Shown: positions 48,734 through 60,121, counted from the first letter of the stretch. The stretch: 64,000 nt of DNA from Aulosira sp. ZfuVER01 (GCA_034530615.2 JAVRCV020000004.1:1-64000); one strand, 5' to 3'. Notes: generated by a model from the letters alone, not told the origin. Translations and numbers: made by a program.

Positions 48734-51700
48734 ATGAACCTTCATATTCGGCAGTGGTTAGCGGAAAATAGTATCGAAATACACAGCCTTAATGAATTGT
48801 CAGTAGGGCAAATGGCAGGTGTTGCCTACCGTATTGTTCAGGACATGGAAGTTAAAAGCCTGATGCCATTTGATATTTGTACCCTAACAGAGGTACTAGA
48901 ACTACCCCTAAAAGTTGTTAGAGAAGAAATTACCCTAATTGCTCATTTAACTGAAAATCTCTTGCGTAGTCTCAGCCAAAAAAAACCTTTAAAACGTAAT
49001 GAAGGTACATGGCTGGCATTTCAAATTGCTTATCTTCATGGTTTGCAACAAGTTCTAGATCAGGAAGTCAGCTTGCAAAAACCTTGGTTAGATCGAGCAA
49101 TAATTTGGAATCAGGGTTCAACAGAAAAACTAAAATCTCCGCTGCAAGACGCCCACCTGCATGAGTTGCTGAATACTCTCAACCCAGGAAAACTAACTGA
49201 CACTCAAGCAGAACAAGCACTTTCTTTAGTAGCAAGTTCACTATTGGCACAACAAATCAACAGTGTGACTATAGCTTGGCTGGTTGCCAATGGTGCAGAA
49301 GAAGTTGAGGCGAAACTTATAACGCAGCGTTTGTCACATGCACTTCCTGGCTATTTACTGAAAGTCATTGCTGAAAATCCTGCACCTTTAGCCCAACTGC
49401 AAAAATTTGTCCGCTTGGGAAATTCTCTGCCAACTAATTCCGTCGTCCTAGAAACTGAACTAGTAGAAAGCTCTCCCAGCCCTACAGTAGATGACAAAAT
49501 TGATGCTTGTAGAGAAAGTTATCGAGTTAGTTTACTTCAAAGCCTGAGTCAACCTTTCTTTATGGAATCCTTCGCGCTCAAGGATATCTATGTTCCCCTC
49601 AAAGGTTTGCCAATAGAGGAAGAAAGTAGTTTTGAGCAAGTTCAAAAAATTGGCTCTTTAATTGATTTACAAGTCTGGGCGCAACAACAGCTAGATGATT
49701 TAGAAACTATTGCTGTAATCGAATCGGAACCTGGTTATGGTAAAACTAGTTTCTACCAAATTTGGGCTGCAAAGGTAGCGTGGGAAATTTACCCTACTTG
49801 GATGCCGATAGTCATTCGGCTGCGAGATATAAAATATGGCCAAAGTTTAGTAGCAACTCTCAATTCAGTTTTTCCCCGAGATTTACAGCTAAATTTTGCT
49901 ACCTGGGTGACGCAAGAGCGTTCTCGCTGTCTTTTATTGCTTGATGGTTTAGATGAACTACCACCAACTAAGCAAGGTAACAAGGCAAAAGAGCTTTTTA
50001 TTCAAGAGTTACTAAACTTGCAGTTGCAAGGAAGACATAAGATTTTTTTGACAAGTCGGACAGGAACTTTACAGCAAATTGCCCCTGCATTACCGCAGGA
50101 ATTTAAAAGAATTTCTATCCAGCCTTTGGATGTGGAAGATCTTAGATATTGGTTTCAGCAATGGACTATGGTGCAATCTTTGCCCGTAGCTCAAAACTAT
50201 TTTACGTTCTTAAAACAGGCAGGATTATTTCTCAAAAAACCAAAGTTACCCCTACTCTCAGTTTTAGTCCGCCAACCTCTGATGCTGTATTTGTTGGGCG
50301 TGCTACATCGTGACGGAATGTTAGACGATGAAATATTACAATTAGCCACTAATAGCGCGCCCTTATTATGGGAAATTCACCATCGCCTTAGTCGATGGTT
50401 ATTGGGCTATCCGCTAACAGGTGGTACAAAAACAATGCTCCGACGGTCGGGTTCGGCTCATATCCACCGTACACCAGAAGCGATCGCCAATTTACTCTCT
50501 CATCGCCATCCCCAAAATGTACTTGAGCAAATGCAGGCGATCGCTCTCCAAATTTTACATAGCGATCGCGCACAAATTAATTTATCAAGCAAGGCAAAAG
50601 GCAGAGGGCAGGAGGCAGAAGTGATACTGCCCTCTGCCTCCTGCCTCCTGCCTTCTTCAACTGACGAATTTCCTCTTCAAACCCTGCCAAGCTTTTATTT
50701 TAGAACTCAGCATTCACTCAGCATTGAATTCACTCACTCCAATTTAGGCGAATACCTCTGTGCTGAAGCTATTGTTACCCAACTGAAAATCCTCACGCAG
50801 CGTCAAGAACCAGTAGATATTAAATCTCCGTTTATCCTTGAGTCTCCCTCTGGTGTTGCGCAACACCTTTACAACTTGCTCGGTTACGGTATTCTCAGTG
50901 AGGAAATAGAAGCACTTGTCATCGAAGGATTGCGCTGTCAGCAAAAGTGGCAATTTTCCTTTGAAGTTTTGTTTCAACGTCTTGAGTCTTTCTGGCGTGA
51001 CTACTGTCAAGGTCGTTGGTTAGATGAAGGCATAGTACACCAAGCCGTGACTAATTTTCATGCTCTGCAAAATCCCGTGAATATCGAGCAAGTAAATGCA
51101 GCAGTAGGACTCAATGTATTTCTATTACTTTGTAGTTGCGATCGCGTAGCCAAAGTCTCTTTTTTACCTTGTGGCCATCCTAAAAATTTAGCAGAATTCA
51201 ATCCCCAAACCCTATTCGCGCTAATTTGTAGAACAGCAGTTTTATCAGCAAATACTTTTGCCAAGCGAGTCAGATCCCAATCTCTAGCTGGAATCAACTT
51301 ATCGGGAGCATTTTTGTTACACGTGATTTTAGCTAGGGTAAATCTTAGACAAACTAATTTCTCAGAAGCAACATTGATGGGTGCGAACTTAGCCGGTGCA
51401 AACCTCACTGACGCAAATCTACTAGGCGCAAACCTTATAGGTGCAAATCTCACAGGTGCAAACCTTACAGGTGCAAATCTCACAAGTGCAAACCTTACAG
51501 GTGCAAATCTCACAGGCGCAAATTTCACAGGCGCAAATTTTACCTATACCTGCCTGTTTGATTCTCTGTTGTCGGAAGTACAGAAAGAAGTTGCAATGTT
51601 AAATGGTGCTATCTTCTCTTTAGAAGAGTTTCAACGCCTGAAACGATTTGTGTCAGAGAACTCTCCCGTAAGTAGTTTTAACACAGCAGATAACACAGAT

Positions 51701-51781
51701 ATTTACGGAGAAACTCTTCTTCATATAGGGTCGATTGAAAGCCAAGAAGATGAACCGACTGTCCCTGTAGATTTACCTTAA
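48734..51781 (+). CDS. NACHT-domain protein with C-terminal pentapeptide repeats
   Basis: SEPGYGKTS, LLLLDGLDE, LTSR, FTHSNLGEYL; (GANLT)n. Confidence 0.88.
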   Translation: MNLHIRQWLAENSIEIHSLNELSVGQMAGVAYRIVQDMEVKSLMPFDICTLTEVLELPLKVVREEITLIAHLTENLLRSLSQKKPLKRNEGTWLAFQIAYLHGLQQVLDQEVSLQKPWLDRAIIWNQGSTEKLKSPLQDAHLHELLNTLNPGKLTDTQAEQALSLVASSLLAQQINSVTIAWLVANGAEEVEAKLITQRLSHALPGYLLKVIAENPAPLAQLQKFVRLGNSLPTNSVVLETELVESSPSPTVDDKIDACRESYRVSLLQSLSQPFFMESFALKDIYVPLKGLPIEEESSFEQVQKIGSLIDLQVWAQQQLDDLETIAVIESEPGYGKTSFYQIWAAKVAWEIYPTWMPIVIRLRDIKYGQSLVATLNSVFPRDLQLNFATWVTQERSRCLLLLDGLDELPPTKQGNKAKELFIQELLNLQLQGRHKIFLTSRTGTLQQIAPALPQEFKRISIQPLDVEDLRYWFQQWTMVQSLPVAQNYFTFLKQAGLFLKKPKLPLLSVLVRQPLMLYLLGVLHRDGMLDDEILQLATNSAPLLWEIHHRLSRWLLGYPLTGGTKTMLRRSGSAHIHRTPEAIANLLSHRHPQNVLEQMQAIALQILHSDRAQINLSSKAKGRGQEAEVILPSASCLLPSSTDEFPLQTLPSFYFRTQHSLSIEFTHSNLGEYLCAEAIVTQLKILTQRQEPVDIKSPFILESPSGVAQHLYNLLGYGILSEEIEALVIEGLRCQQKWQFSFEVLFQRLESFWRDYCQGRWLDEGIVHQAVTNFHALQNPVNIEQVNAAVGLNVFLLLCSCDRVAKVSFLPCGHPKNLAEFNPQTLFALICRTAVLSANTFAKRVRSQSLAGINLSGAFLLHVILARVNLRQTNFSEATLMGANLAGANLTDANLLGANLIGANLTGANLTGANLTSANLTGANLTGANFTGANFTYTCLFDSLLSEVQKEVAMLNGAIFSLEEFQRLKRFVSENSPVSSFNTADNTDIYGETLLHIGSIESQEDEPTVPVDLP

Positions 51782-51794
51782 TTATTTTTGGCAA

Positions 51795-52241
51795 TCAGCT
51801 AGCTTGGGAGTTGCGATAACCATAAAAATTGATAGTGTAATCAGTAATTCGGATTCCTGTTTGCTGTTCAACTTGACGGATAACTTCTTCTGGTAGCTCT
51901 ATATGAACGTCAAGAATTTGATTGGTATCAATACAGTTGACATGACTATGGGAATCACTGATGTTACCGTATAAACGCCCGTCGCAGCGTTCAATACACT
52001 CAATGATACCCTGACTGGATAAAGCTTCTAAATTTTGATAAACAGAAGTATGACCGATATCTTTACCTTGCTGATTCAAGCGATCGTAAATCTCTCTGGC
52101 AGAAAGATGTTCATTTGCTTGCCAAAGCAATTCTAGAATAAACCGCCGCTGACGACTGACGCGCATTCCTAACAGTTGACACTGCTCAAGAGCATCTTCT
52201 ATAGAACGAATTGGTTTTGTAGTTATTGCTTGTTTTTGCAT
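51795..52241 (-). CDS. furC: Fur-family regulator FurC/PerR
   Basis: HLSAREIY, TSVYQNL, HSHVNC; closely resembles Anabaena FurC from memory. Confidence 0.85.
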   Translation of the reverse strand: MQKQAITTKPIRSIEDALEQCQLLGMRVSRQRRFILELLWQANEHLSAREIYDRLNQQGKDIGHTSVYQNLEALSSQGIIECIERCDGRLYGNISDSHSHVNCIDTNQILDVHIELPEEVIRQVEQQTGIRITDYTINFYGYRNSQAS

Positions 52242-53790
52242 ATTTTTAAGTTGGTTAATTGTTAGGGTAATTTTCCCAATTTTAGATTAATTGATTATTC
52301 TTACTTATATGTGATGATATTACTACTGTTTATCCTGACCTGTGTTACTACTTGCGATCGCTATTGAAATTACAGGACGGTAGATTTTTTTGCTCGTTGA
52401 GGTCGTTTTTTCACTTCCTAATCTAAAACAAACTCATTACAACTTTAGCTTAAATTAGTTGGTAATGTCCACCTAAAAGCAGGTGTGTTCCTTGTCCAAA
52501 TGAATCAGCTAATATCCAGTTGCCTAAGTTGGGAAGCTTTTCTGCAGTCACTTCAAAGCGGAGAAAGTGTGCAACGTGCTAGCAATCCTCCCATATAGCC
52601 AACACAGTGGCACCTTCTAAGCATCATCAACTAACTGCCTACAGCAATTTTTTTTGTGTCTCTGTGTTTTTTACCACTAAGGCACAGAGACGAGGCCAGT
52701 TGAGTCGAGTGAGGGTTCTCTAGCTTGAAAGAGTGCTGAGTTAAGAGTAATTAATTATCCTTCTTGTCTCCCTTCCCTTGTCTTTTTTCATTCATTGCCC
52801 TCTTTTTCCTATCTTCTGCCCCATTTTCCATCTAGTTTAGTCGCTGAAAGAAAACAAGTTTTATGGTTGTAAAAATTACATTTAAAGTGATATAAATACG
52901 GTCAATGAAAGTAGTAATTGATTTACGGCTCTTACAAAATCAAAACCAATTAATTTATTAAGTAAATCTTAAGTAAAGAATTTAGCGATCGCTTGCCGAT
53001 CGAAACTAACTTCAACTTTTTTTAATCTTTTGCTAAATCGGAAATTTGCGAAAAAAATCTGAGTGTCTCCTAAATTTTCTCCCACACTAGTTATTTGTAA
53101 ATACCTATTAATCAGCTTGTATAATTCATTCTACGAACATAATTTAATTCGTCTGGAAAAAGAAAATAAGATTTTTTCAATAGCATCACCAAGAAAAAAT
53201 CGGAATGTAATTAACACGGAAATCATTGCCAAAATCAGCGAAATTTCAGCATATTCACGTATTAACATAACGTCCGCAAATTTACATAATGTCTAACAGG
53301 TAAATACAGAAAGCTGAAAATTAAATTTTGATATTTATTAGAGCCAAATAAGATTTACTTCAGTGTCAGTATTTACTGTGTAATTTTTACGGAGTAAGTA
53401 ACTAGAGCAAATAAAATTACAAAGGATAACTATATGCAAAGCACAGAGTTTGTACCTTCAGGTATAAACCATGAATGCATCAATGTTAATGGCATACGTT
53501 GTAGGGAAATACAAAGCGAAGATGGCAAGATGCCATTTTTAGCCGTAGACTACCTATCTTTTCCACAGGAGGCTAGTGTGAAATGAATGCCAGTAACTCT
53601 TAAGCTAATGAATTTCCTTTAAATTTCGGCAAATAGACAAAGACGTTTTAGGACGCGATTAATATCGCGTCTTTAATTTTGCTCATCAAAACAGGAGCAA
53701 ATTCACAGCAAATGTAGCGTCGCTCCCTGAAAGCTGCTACTGTGAATTGTCGAGCCTACAGTTGAGCATAAAAAAGTGGCTGCTGAGTCA

Positions 53791-54264
53791 ATGACAATCA
53801 CAATCGCAATCAATACTGACGCCATTAACAATCTGGATGTGTCGCCCGCCTCAACAGTGATTGAGAAACTCTTCCAAGAGAAAGCGATCGCATCCCACGA
53901 ACAGCAACTGCGCTTTGATATCAAATATGACCTAGAACCAGGAGATCCAAGGGAACTTTCAGAGGTTCCTGAGATACGGCTGTGGTTTGTCCGTCTAGAT
54001 GCCAAATATCCCTGGCTACCATTTTTATTAGATTGGAAAGCTGGAGAATTTGCCCGTTATACTGCCATGCTTGTACCGCACCAGTTTAGTGCTAAAGAAG
54101 GCATTCAATTTAATCCTGAAGCCTTAGAGATATTTTTAATGCACAAAATCTTTATTTTAAGTGATTGGCTAAAACAGCAGAGCTTACCTACTCAATCACG
54201 ACTAAAATCTCTGGCACAAATGCTAGGTTACGAATTAGATGACGCTTTCTTTGAAACTTTTTAA
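53791..54264 (+). CDS. CRR6-family NDH-1 (NdhI) maturation factor
   Basis: DPRELSEVPEIRLWFVRLDA-YPW, RYTAMLVPHQF. Confidence 0.88.
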   Translation: MTITIAINTDAINNLDVSPASTVIEKLFQEKAIASHEQQLRFDIKYDLEPGDPRELSEVPEIRLWFVRLDAKYPWLPFLLDWKAGEFARYTAMLVPHQFSAKEGIQFNPEALEIFLMHKIFILSDWLKQQSLPTQSRLKSLAQMLGYELDDAFFETF

Positions 54265-54347
54265 AATATGTCATGGGTAATGGAAGTCTGGAACTGGGTA
54301 ATTTGAATTTCCATTACTCATGACCAACTTCATAAGTAAATTTGAGA

Positions 54348-55109
54348 TTACTTCAGGCGGCATATAAAGCTTAATGCAGCATTAAAAGCAAATTCCACTG
54401 CTTTCGATTTGCTGGGTAAGGCAGCCTGCCATATACGATAATCGTTATATGCAATAATTAAGTTAGCTATATCATCAATTTGAACTTGATTTAGCACATC
54501 ATATTGAGCAGATTCAAAATCTCTTAATGTACCATTTTTGATTATAGTATCTCTTGCTGCTTGAATGAATCCCTCTAAAGTGGCTTGCATATATTCTTTG
54601 CCGACATCTTCTGCAAACACAGATGAAGATTTGAACGCTTTTACTTCCTCAAGCAGTAGATGGGCAATTTCTCTGCCTACTTGATGATTCCAATCATCAG
54701 GCAGTTGAATATCTAAATATTCACATTCGTTATCTTTATATTTGAGATATTCATGAATATCTACAGCAACTTTAGGTAGTTGATAACCAGCCAATAGTTG
54801 TTGCAAAGGATAGGTATTTGTATTAATCAAAGAATCACGGCAGATTTTTTCATCGCCTTCTAGACATTCATATACAAGATACGTCCAAATACCTGGCTCA
54901 CAAGTTTCGTCTTGTTTTGCCTGATAGAAAGTTATAGTCCCGTCTGCTTCAGACTCACAATAAGCATTATGAACATCGGCAAATTCACAGCGATGTAAGC
55001 ACTGAAAGTTTAATATTCTTTTAAAAATTCCAGTTATATGATGAGGCTGGCTTTCAATTTGAATGTAACGCTTGGGACTACTAAGAAAGCCATGCAATCG
55101 AATCGCCAT
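54348..55109 (-). CDS. Hypothetical protein
   Basis: 253-aa ORF with AGGA upstream; no motif recognised. Confidence 0.7.
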   Translation of the reverse strand: MAIRLHGFLSSPKRYIQIESQPHHITGIFKRILNFQCLHRCEFADVHNAYCESEADGTITFYQAKQDETCEPGIWTYLVYECLEGDEKICRDSLINTNTYPLQQLLAGYQLPKVAVDIHEYLKYKDNECEYLDIQLPDDWNHQVGREIAHLLLEEVKAFKSSSVFAEDVGKEYMQATLEGFIQAARDTIIKNGTLRDFESAQYDVLNQVQIDDIANLIIAYNDYRIWQAALPSKSKAVEFAFNAALSFICRLK

Positions 55110-55496
55110 TTATTTTTCCTTTTGATAGAGCAACATCAGTCACGGTAAATGCACGCTGCTTAAACACAATAGGGTAACTAAGGAACACTAATTTGGGGCG
55201 TTTTATTCACTTATAGACTGAACAAATGCGGTAATTTTAATAACTTGCGATCGCACAAAAGCCGAGTCTCCTTAGTCATTAAGCCTGAGGTTGTTAGTTT
55301 TTGTTTTAACGTAAATCTTTACAACTCTAAAAATTTATTGTTTAAAGCAAAATCTGCCTCCAGGCTCAAAAGTTTGAGTAACATAACAAATTATTGGAGC
55401 AATCCAAGTTGTATTTTTCCCAAAAGTTTGGCGAAACTAACGATTTTCCCCAAAAGAAATCTACTTTTTCTAAAACCTTGTCCCATAAATAAACAG

Positions 55497-55518
55497 AAAT
55501 CCGCTAGGTAGCGGATTT
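55497..55518 (-). terminator. Probable intrinsic terminator
   Basis: AAATCCGCT-AGGT-AGCGGATTT, followed by a T-rich tract on the minus strand. Confidence 0.55.
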
Positions 55519-55808
55519 AATAGCATCAAGGCATGAGTTGTTTTGGTTGTAAGTTGCCTATATGTTGAGGACTTATGTAGCGATCTGAAAAATCAAGAGT
55601 ATGGGGATAGAAAAGTGTAGATTATCAAAACTCTGACATCCTCACGCTCAATAAGGTTCAGATTGGCAGTTTCCATCTCCCGTATGGTTTTGGCAAAAGG
55701 TAAGGGGAAAAGGCTAAAGAGTGAATTCAAACCTTTCTCCTTTGCCTTTTAACCAAACCATATTGCCACTACGCTCATACACTGACAACCTGTTGTGTAA
55801 CTGCTGGT

Positions 55809-56750
55809 TTAGCTACCCCAGATTTTATCTAAAACTACTTTGGGTGAAATATCTGCCAATTTGCCTGTGGGGGATTTTATCGCCAGGAATTTCTCGCTTG
55901 TGGGCAATAACTGCGCTGGATCTGTGGCTCCAAATAAGGCAATGGTATAAGTTTGAACTGCAACACTCAGTTGCAAGGCTACCCTGTCAGTAGTCAACAT
56001 CAGACTTGCTCCGCCAACGATCGCAGCCAGCTTGCCGATATTATCTGGGGAAATCACCTTGAGATGATGACAGGTTTCCAAAAGCAATCGCACAATTTGT
56101 TCATCCTCAGGTTCTTTAACAATCACCACAGGCAAATCTGGCTGCTTGTGTTGAAAGTCTTGAATAATTTGCTGCCAATTCTTCGCAGCATAATTTTCGG
56201 ATGATTGGCTAGAACTAGGATAAATCAATACATAACCTGTTTCATTGACTCCCAAGCGCTTTTGTTCCTTTTGTGCCCACTCAATATCTGGTTTTGGCAC
56301 ATTCACTGCTAATTCTGGGCAAGGGGACTGAATATCCAACAGCTGCAGCAACTCATGGTACAACTGTGGCAAATACTGGGAAGGTTTGAACGGTATAGTG
56401 TTGGTGAGAAAAACTGCTCCTTTACCTTGGTAGCCAATACGTGTGGGAATTCCAGTCAACCAGAGCAAAAGACCCACTAACCAGCTTTGCCCCAAAGCAA
56501 TGGCGACATCGTACTCGCGATCGCGAATCGTGCCCACCAAATTACCCCAATCTGCCAAACTGTTACGGTCTTTGTAATCAAAGGTCAGTACCTCGTTAAT
56601 TGACTTGCTGACCCGGTAGGCAGCCTTTGACCGGGGTTCCACCACGACATCGATCTGAGCATTGGGATAATAACGCTTCAGATCGTCTAGAGTCGGAAAC
56701 AAAAGAATTTGGTCGCCAATTCCGCCAGGTACAAGGGCTACTACTCGCAT
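55809..56750 (-). CDS. Glycosyltransferase family 9 (heptosyltransferase-like)
   Basis: GGIGDQIL, YPNAQID, TIALFG motifs. Confidence 0.88.
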   Translation of the reverse strand: MRVVALVPGGIGDQILLFPTLDDLKRYYPNAQIDVVVEPRSKAAYRVSKSINEVLTFDYKDRNSLADWGNLVGTIRDREYDVAIALGQSWLVGLLLWLTGIPTRIGYQGKGAVFLTNTIPFKPSQYLPQLYHELLQLLDIQSPCPELAVNVPKPDIEWAQKEQKRLGVNETGYVLIYPSSSQSSENYAAKNWQQIIQDFQHKQPDLPVVIVKEPEDEQIVRLLLETCHHLKVISPDNIGKLAAIVGGASLMLTTDRVALQLSVAVQTYTIALFGATDPAQLLPTSEKFLAIKSPTGKLADISPKVVLDKIWGS

Positions 56751-56819
56751 AATATTTATTGACGCTTACTCGCTCCCTATTTTAGGGGAAAATATATAGC
56801 CAAAAGATTGAAGAATTCT

Positions 56820-57515
56820 GTGTATTTACTAATTCCAGCTGCGGGTATCGGACGAAGAATGGGGAGCGATCGCAATAAACTCCTACTAACAGTGCGATCG
56901 CAACCGATTATTACTTGGACTCTCAAAGCCGCAGAAGCGGCAAATAGCATTAGTTGGATTGGGATTATTTCCCAACCCACCGACTGGGAAGATTTAAGGG
57001 CAATTCTCGCTGATTTAAAGCTAACTAAACCAGTAGAACTAATTCCCGGTGGCTCCACCAGGCAAGAATCTGTTTACAATGGCTTGCAGGCGCTACCGAC
57101 CGCCGCCGAGCAAGTTTTAATTCACGATGGAGCTAGATGCCTAGCCACGCCAGATTTACTCAATTCCTGCGCCCAAGCTATTCGCCACTGTCCTGGTTTG
57201 ATTGCCGCCGTCCCTGTCAAAGACACGATCAAAGTCGTTGATGAACATGGCATAATCCAAAGTACGCCTGACCGACGCCAATTATGGGCAGCACAAACTC
57301 CGCAAGGATTTGATGTGAAATTATTAAAACAGTGTCATGCCGAAGGTGTGCGCCAAGGCTGGGAAGTAACTGACGATGCGGCTTTGTTTGAAAAGTGTGG
57401 TATCGAAGTCCGAATTGTCCAAGGTGAGGAGACAAATCTGAAAGTCACCACTCCCCAAGATTTGGCGATCGCAGAATTTATCCTCAAAAGTAGGGAAACG
57501 GGACTGGGAGGATAA
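56820..57515 (+). CDS. ispD: 2-C-methyl-D-erythritol 4-phosphate cytidylyltransferase
   Basis: IPAAGIGRRMG, RQESV, IHDGAR, QTPQGF, TDDA, NLKVTTP. Confidence 0.95.
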   Translation: MYLLIPAAGIGRRMGSDRNKLLLTVRSQPIITWTLKAAEAANSISWIGIISQPTDWEDLRAILADLKLTKPVELIPGGSTRQESVYNGLQALPTAAEQVLIHDGARCLATPDLLNSCAQAIRHCPGLIAAVPVKDTIKVVDEHGIIQSTPDRRQLWAAQTPQGFDVKLLKQCHAEGVRQGWEVTDDAALFEKCGIEVRIVQGEETNLKVTTPQDLAIAEFILKSRETGLGG

Positions 57516-57711
57516 GGGAGTGTGGGGAGTGTAGGAAGTGTGGGGGGACAAGGAGGAGATGAGAGGAAGAATAATAAATGACAAATGCCTTATGCCCTAT
57601 ATCCTTGACAAATTATGTTAAATATGATATTATCCCACACACTTAGAACTCGTCTGTCGTCACTTGTCAGTTGCTATTGACTCTTGACTATTGACTCTTG
57701 ACTCTTGACTC

Positions 57712-58260
57712 ATGAATACAGCCACAGCGACGAAGATAGAAGCAATTCTCTATTTAAAGGGTAAGCCCTTGTCGCTCGGTGAAATCGCCGAGTATGCCGC
57801 GTGCGATCGCGCTACGGTTGAGGAAGGCATCATTGAACTAATTGACGACTATGCCCGCCGAGAGAGCGCCCTAGAAGTCGTAGAGACACCAAATGGTTAT
57901 AGTTTGCAACTGCGGTCTGATTTTCACGACTTAGTGCAAACATTAATCCCCGTAGAATTGGGTTTAGGTGCATTGCGAACTTTAGCAGCGATCGCCCTTA
58001 ATAGCCCCATACTCCAAAGCGACTTGATTAACCTCCGGGGTTCGGGAGTCTATCAACACGTTCCCGAACTTGTGGAACTTGGTTTTGTTCGGAAACGTCG
58101 AGACAGCGACTCTCGCTCTTACTCCCTACAAGTAACACCGAAATTTCATCAGTATTTTCAAATCGAGCAACTCCCTCAGATATTAGCCACAAATCAAAAA
58201 GAACAACAATTAGAGCTAGATCTAGAAATAGAACTCAAAGAAGAAGTAGCAGCAGAATAA
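57712..58260 (+). CDS. scpB: SMC-Scp complex subunit ScpB
   Basis: IEAILY, ALRTLAAIA, LRG, VTPKFHQYF. Confidence 0.92.
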   Translation: MNTATATKIEAILYLKGKPLSLGEIAEYAACDRATVEEGIIELIDDYARRESALEVVETPNGYSLQLRSDFHDLVQTLIPVELGLGALRTLAAIALNSPILQSDLINLRGSGVYQHVPELVELGFVRKRRDSDSRSYSLQVTPKFHQYFQIEQLPQILATNQKEQQLELDLEIELKEEVAAE

Positions 58261-58461
58261 AATTCCTACCTATGAGTGGGTTGGGGTGACAGAGAAGACA
58301 GGGAGGAACCCCCGCAACGGAGTGGCTCCCCTTGACTCTTGACAAATTACGAATAACAACCTTCCCCAGGATAGAGTCAATTGCTTATACCAGTGGGGAA
58401 TGCATTACCCTTGTACTATGGTTTAGAGTAGAATCAGCAACTAAGCTACAAAAAACTGCCA

Positions 58462-58806
58462 ATGGAGTTTAACCCTGACTTTCTAAATGACAACTCTGAG
58501 GAACAAGCCAATCAGCTTCTAAACGACTACTTTGAGGACAACCCCAATCAGTTGCTGAAATATCTACAGCATCAGTCGCCTGAAGTTTTAGCCCGCGTTG
58601 CCCAGTCGGTTAGCCCCGAAATTAAGCAAATTATTTCGCAAAATGTTCAAGGGCTAGTGGGAATGCTGCCTCCAGAAAATTTCAACGTGCAAATCACAAC
58701 GGATAGGGAAAATCTAGCGGGTCTTTTAGCATCAGCAATGATGACGGGCTATTTCCTACGCCAGATGGAACAGAGAATGCAGTTAGATCATTTGTCTGGT
58801 CAATAG
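58462..58806 (+). CDS. DUF760 protein
   Basis: GLVGMLP...RENLAGLLASAMMTGYFLRQMEQR. Confidence 0.88.
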   Translation: MEFNPDFLNDNSEEQANQLLNDYFEDNPNQLLKYLQHQSPEVLARVAQSVSPEIKQIISQNVQGLVGMLPPENFNVQITTDRENLAGLLASAMMTGYFLRQMEQRMQLDHLSGQ

Positions 58807-58912
58807 GCAAGAGTAGAGAGCAAATAGACAATAGGCAAGAGTTATCAGTTATTTCTCCCTTGTCTCCCCTGTCCCCCTTGTCTCCCCTGCTCCTTGTCTC
58901 ATCTTCTCCTAG

Positions 58913-60121
58913 CTACTTCTTCCGAGGATAAGCCCCTGATTGCACTTTGAAGATTTGGGTTTTACCGTTGCGGCTGACTTCCATTTCTAATATGTCTCCA
59001 ACTGAACTGGACTCGACTAGCCTTTGCACTTGAGCTGAGGTTTTTACTGGCTTGCGGTTGATTTTTTGAATCACGTCTCCAGGAAGCAGTCCTGCCCTTT
59101 TTGCTGGGGAATCGTCCAGAGTACCCTTAATCACAACACCAGCATCCTGCTGGATATTAAGTTGATTTTCTTGATTAATCTGCTGCTTTTTAGCTGGAGT
59201 TAGGTCTGTCATTTCCACTCCCAAAAAAGGATGTTCTACACGCCCTTTGGTAAATAATTCATTCGCAATCCGAGCAGCAGTTTCAATCGGGATCGCAAAA
59301 CCAAGACCTTGAGCATCAGCACGAATCGCAGTATTGACACCAATCACCTCGCCTTGGGCGTTTAACAAAGGTCCGCCAGAGTTGCCAGGGTTGATTGCGG
59401 CATCAGTTTGGATAAAGCTAACTCGCTTTTCTGGGACGCCAACTTGAGCGCTGGTGCGATCGGTAGCGCTAATGATACCAATTGTCACAGTATTGTCTAA
59501 ACCCAAGGGATTACCAATAGCGATCGCCCACTGGCCTGGAATCAAGTTTTGTGAATTGCCTAGCTTGACAGTCGGTAATTTATTTGCGGGAATTTTAACT
59601 ACTGCCACATCCGTGACAGCATCCACTCCCAAAACCTTACCCTCAAAAGTCCGACCATCCTTGAGGGTGACTTGTACGGTGTCTGTATCTGCAACCACAT
59701 GAGCATTAGTTAGTAATTCTCCATTGGCGCTTAAGATAAATCCCGACCCTGTACCGCGTTCAATTCGTTCTTCCGGGATTGGTTGCTCATCTTCACCGAA
59801 GAATCGCCGCAGCAAGGGATTTTTTAAGGCATCAGAAATCGGATTTGCAACTTTACGAGTGGCATTAATTCGCACCACAGCTGGGCCGACTTTTTGCACC
59901 GCTGTGGCTATAAAATTTACATTGTCACCCCCAGTCGCCCCAATCGGCCCGCTTACAGGATTAGGAGCTACAGCTTCTGGAGGCAAAGCCACCGTAACAT
60001 TTTTTAGTTCTTGAAAAGAGTAACGTTTTGGCAGGAGATAGCGACTACCTAACAAACCTGCACCGCCACCGATTATCAGTAAAGATATATAGACGGCCAG
60101 TTGCTTTAAAGATAACTTCAT
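58913..60121 (-). CDS. HtrA/DegP-family serine protease (HhoA/HhoB type) with PDZ domain
   Basis: TNAHV, DVAV, GNSGGPL catalytic triad; C-terminal PDZ. Confidence 0.95.
   Translation of the reverse strand: MKLSLKQLAVYISLLIIGGGAGLLGSRYLLPKRYSFQELKNVTVALPPEAVAPNPVSGPIGATGGDNVNFIATAVQKVGPAVVRINATRKVANPISDALKNPLLRRFFGEDEQPIPEERIERGTGSGFILSANGELLTNAHVVADTDTVQVTLKDGRTFEGKVLGVDAVTDVAVVKIPANKLPTVKLGNSQNLIPGQWAIAIGNPLGLDNTVTIGIISATDRTSAQVGVPEKRVSFIQTDAAINPGNSGGPLLNAQGEVIGVNTAIRADAQGLGFAIPIETAARIANELFTKGRVEHPFLGVEMTDLTPAKKQQINQENQLNIQQDAGVVIKGTLDDSPAKRAGLLPGDVIQKINRKPVKTSAQVQRLVESSSVGDILEMEVSRNGKTQIFKVQSGAYPRKK

Noticed and set aside
51058..51528. Antisense ORF with (RFAPV)n
   Set aside because: Shadow of the pentapeptide repeats on the opposite strand
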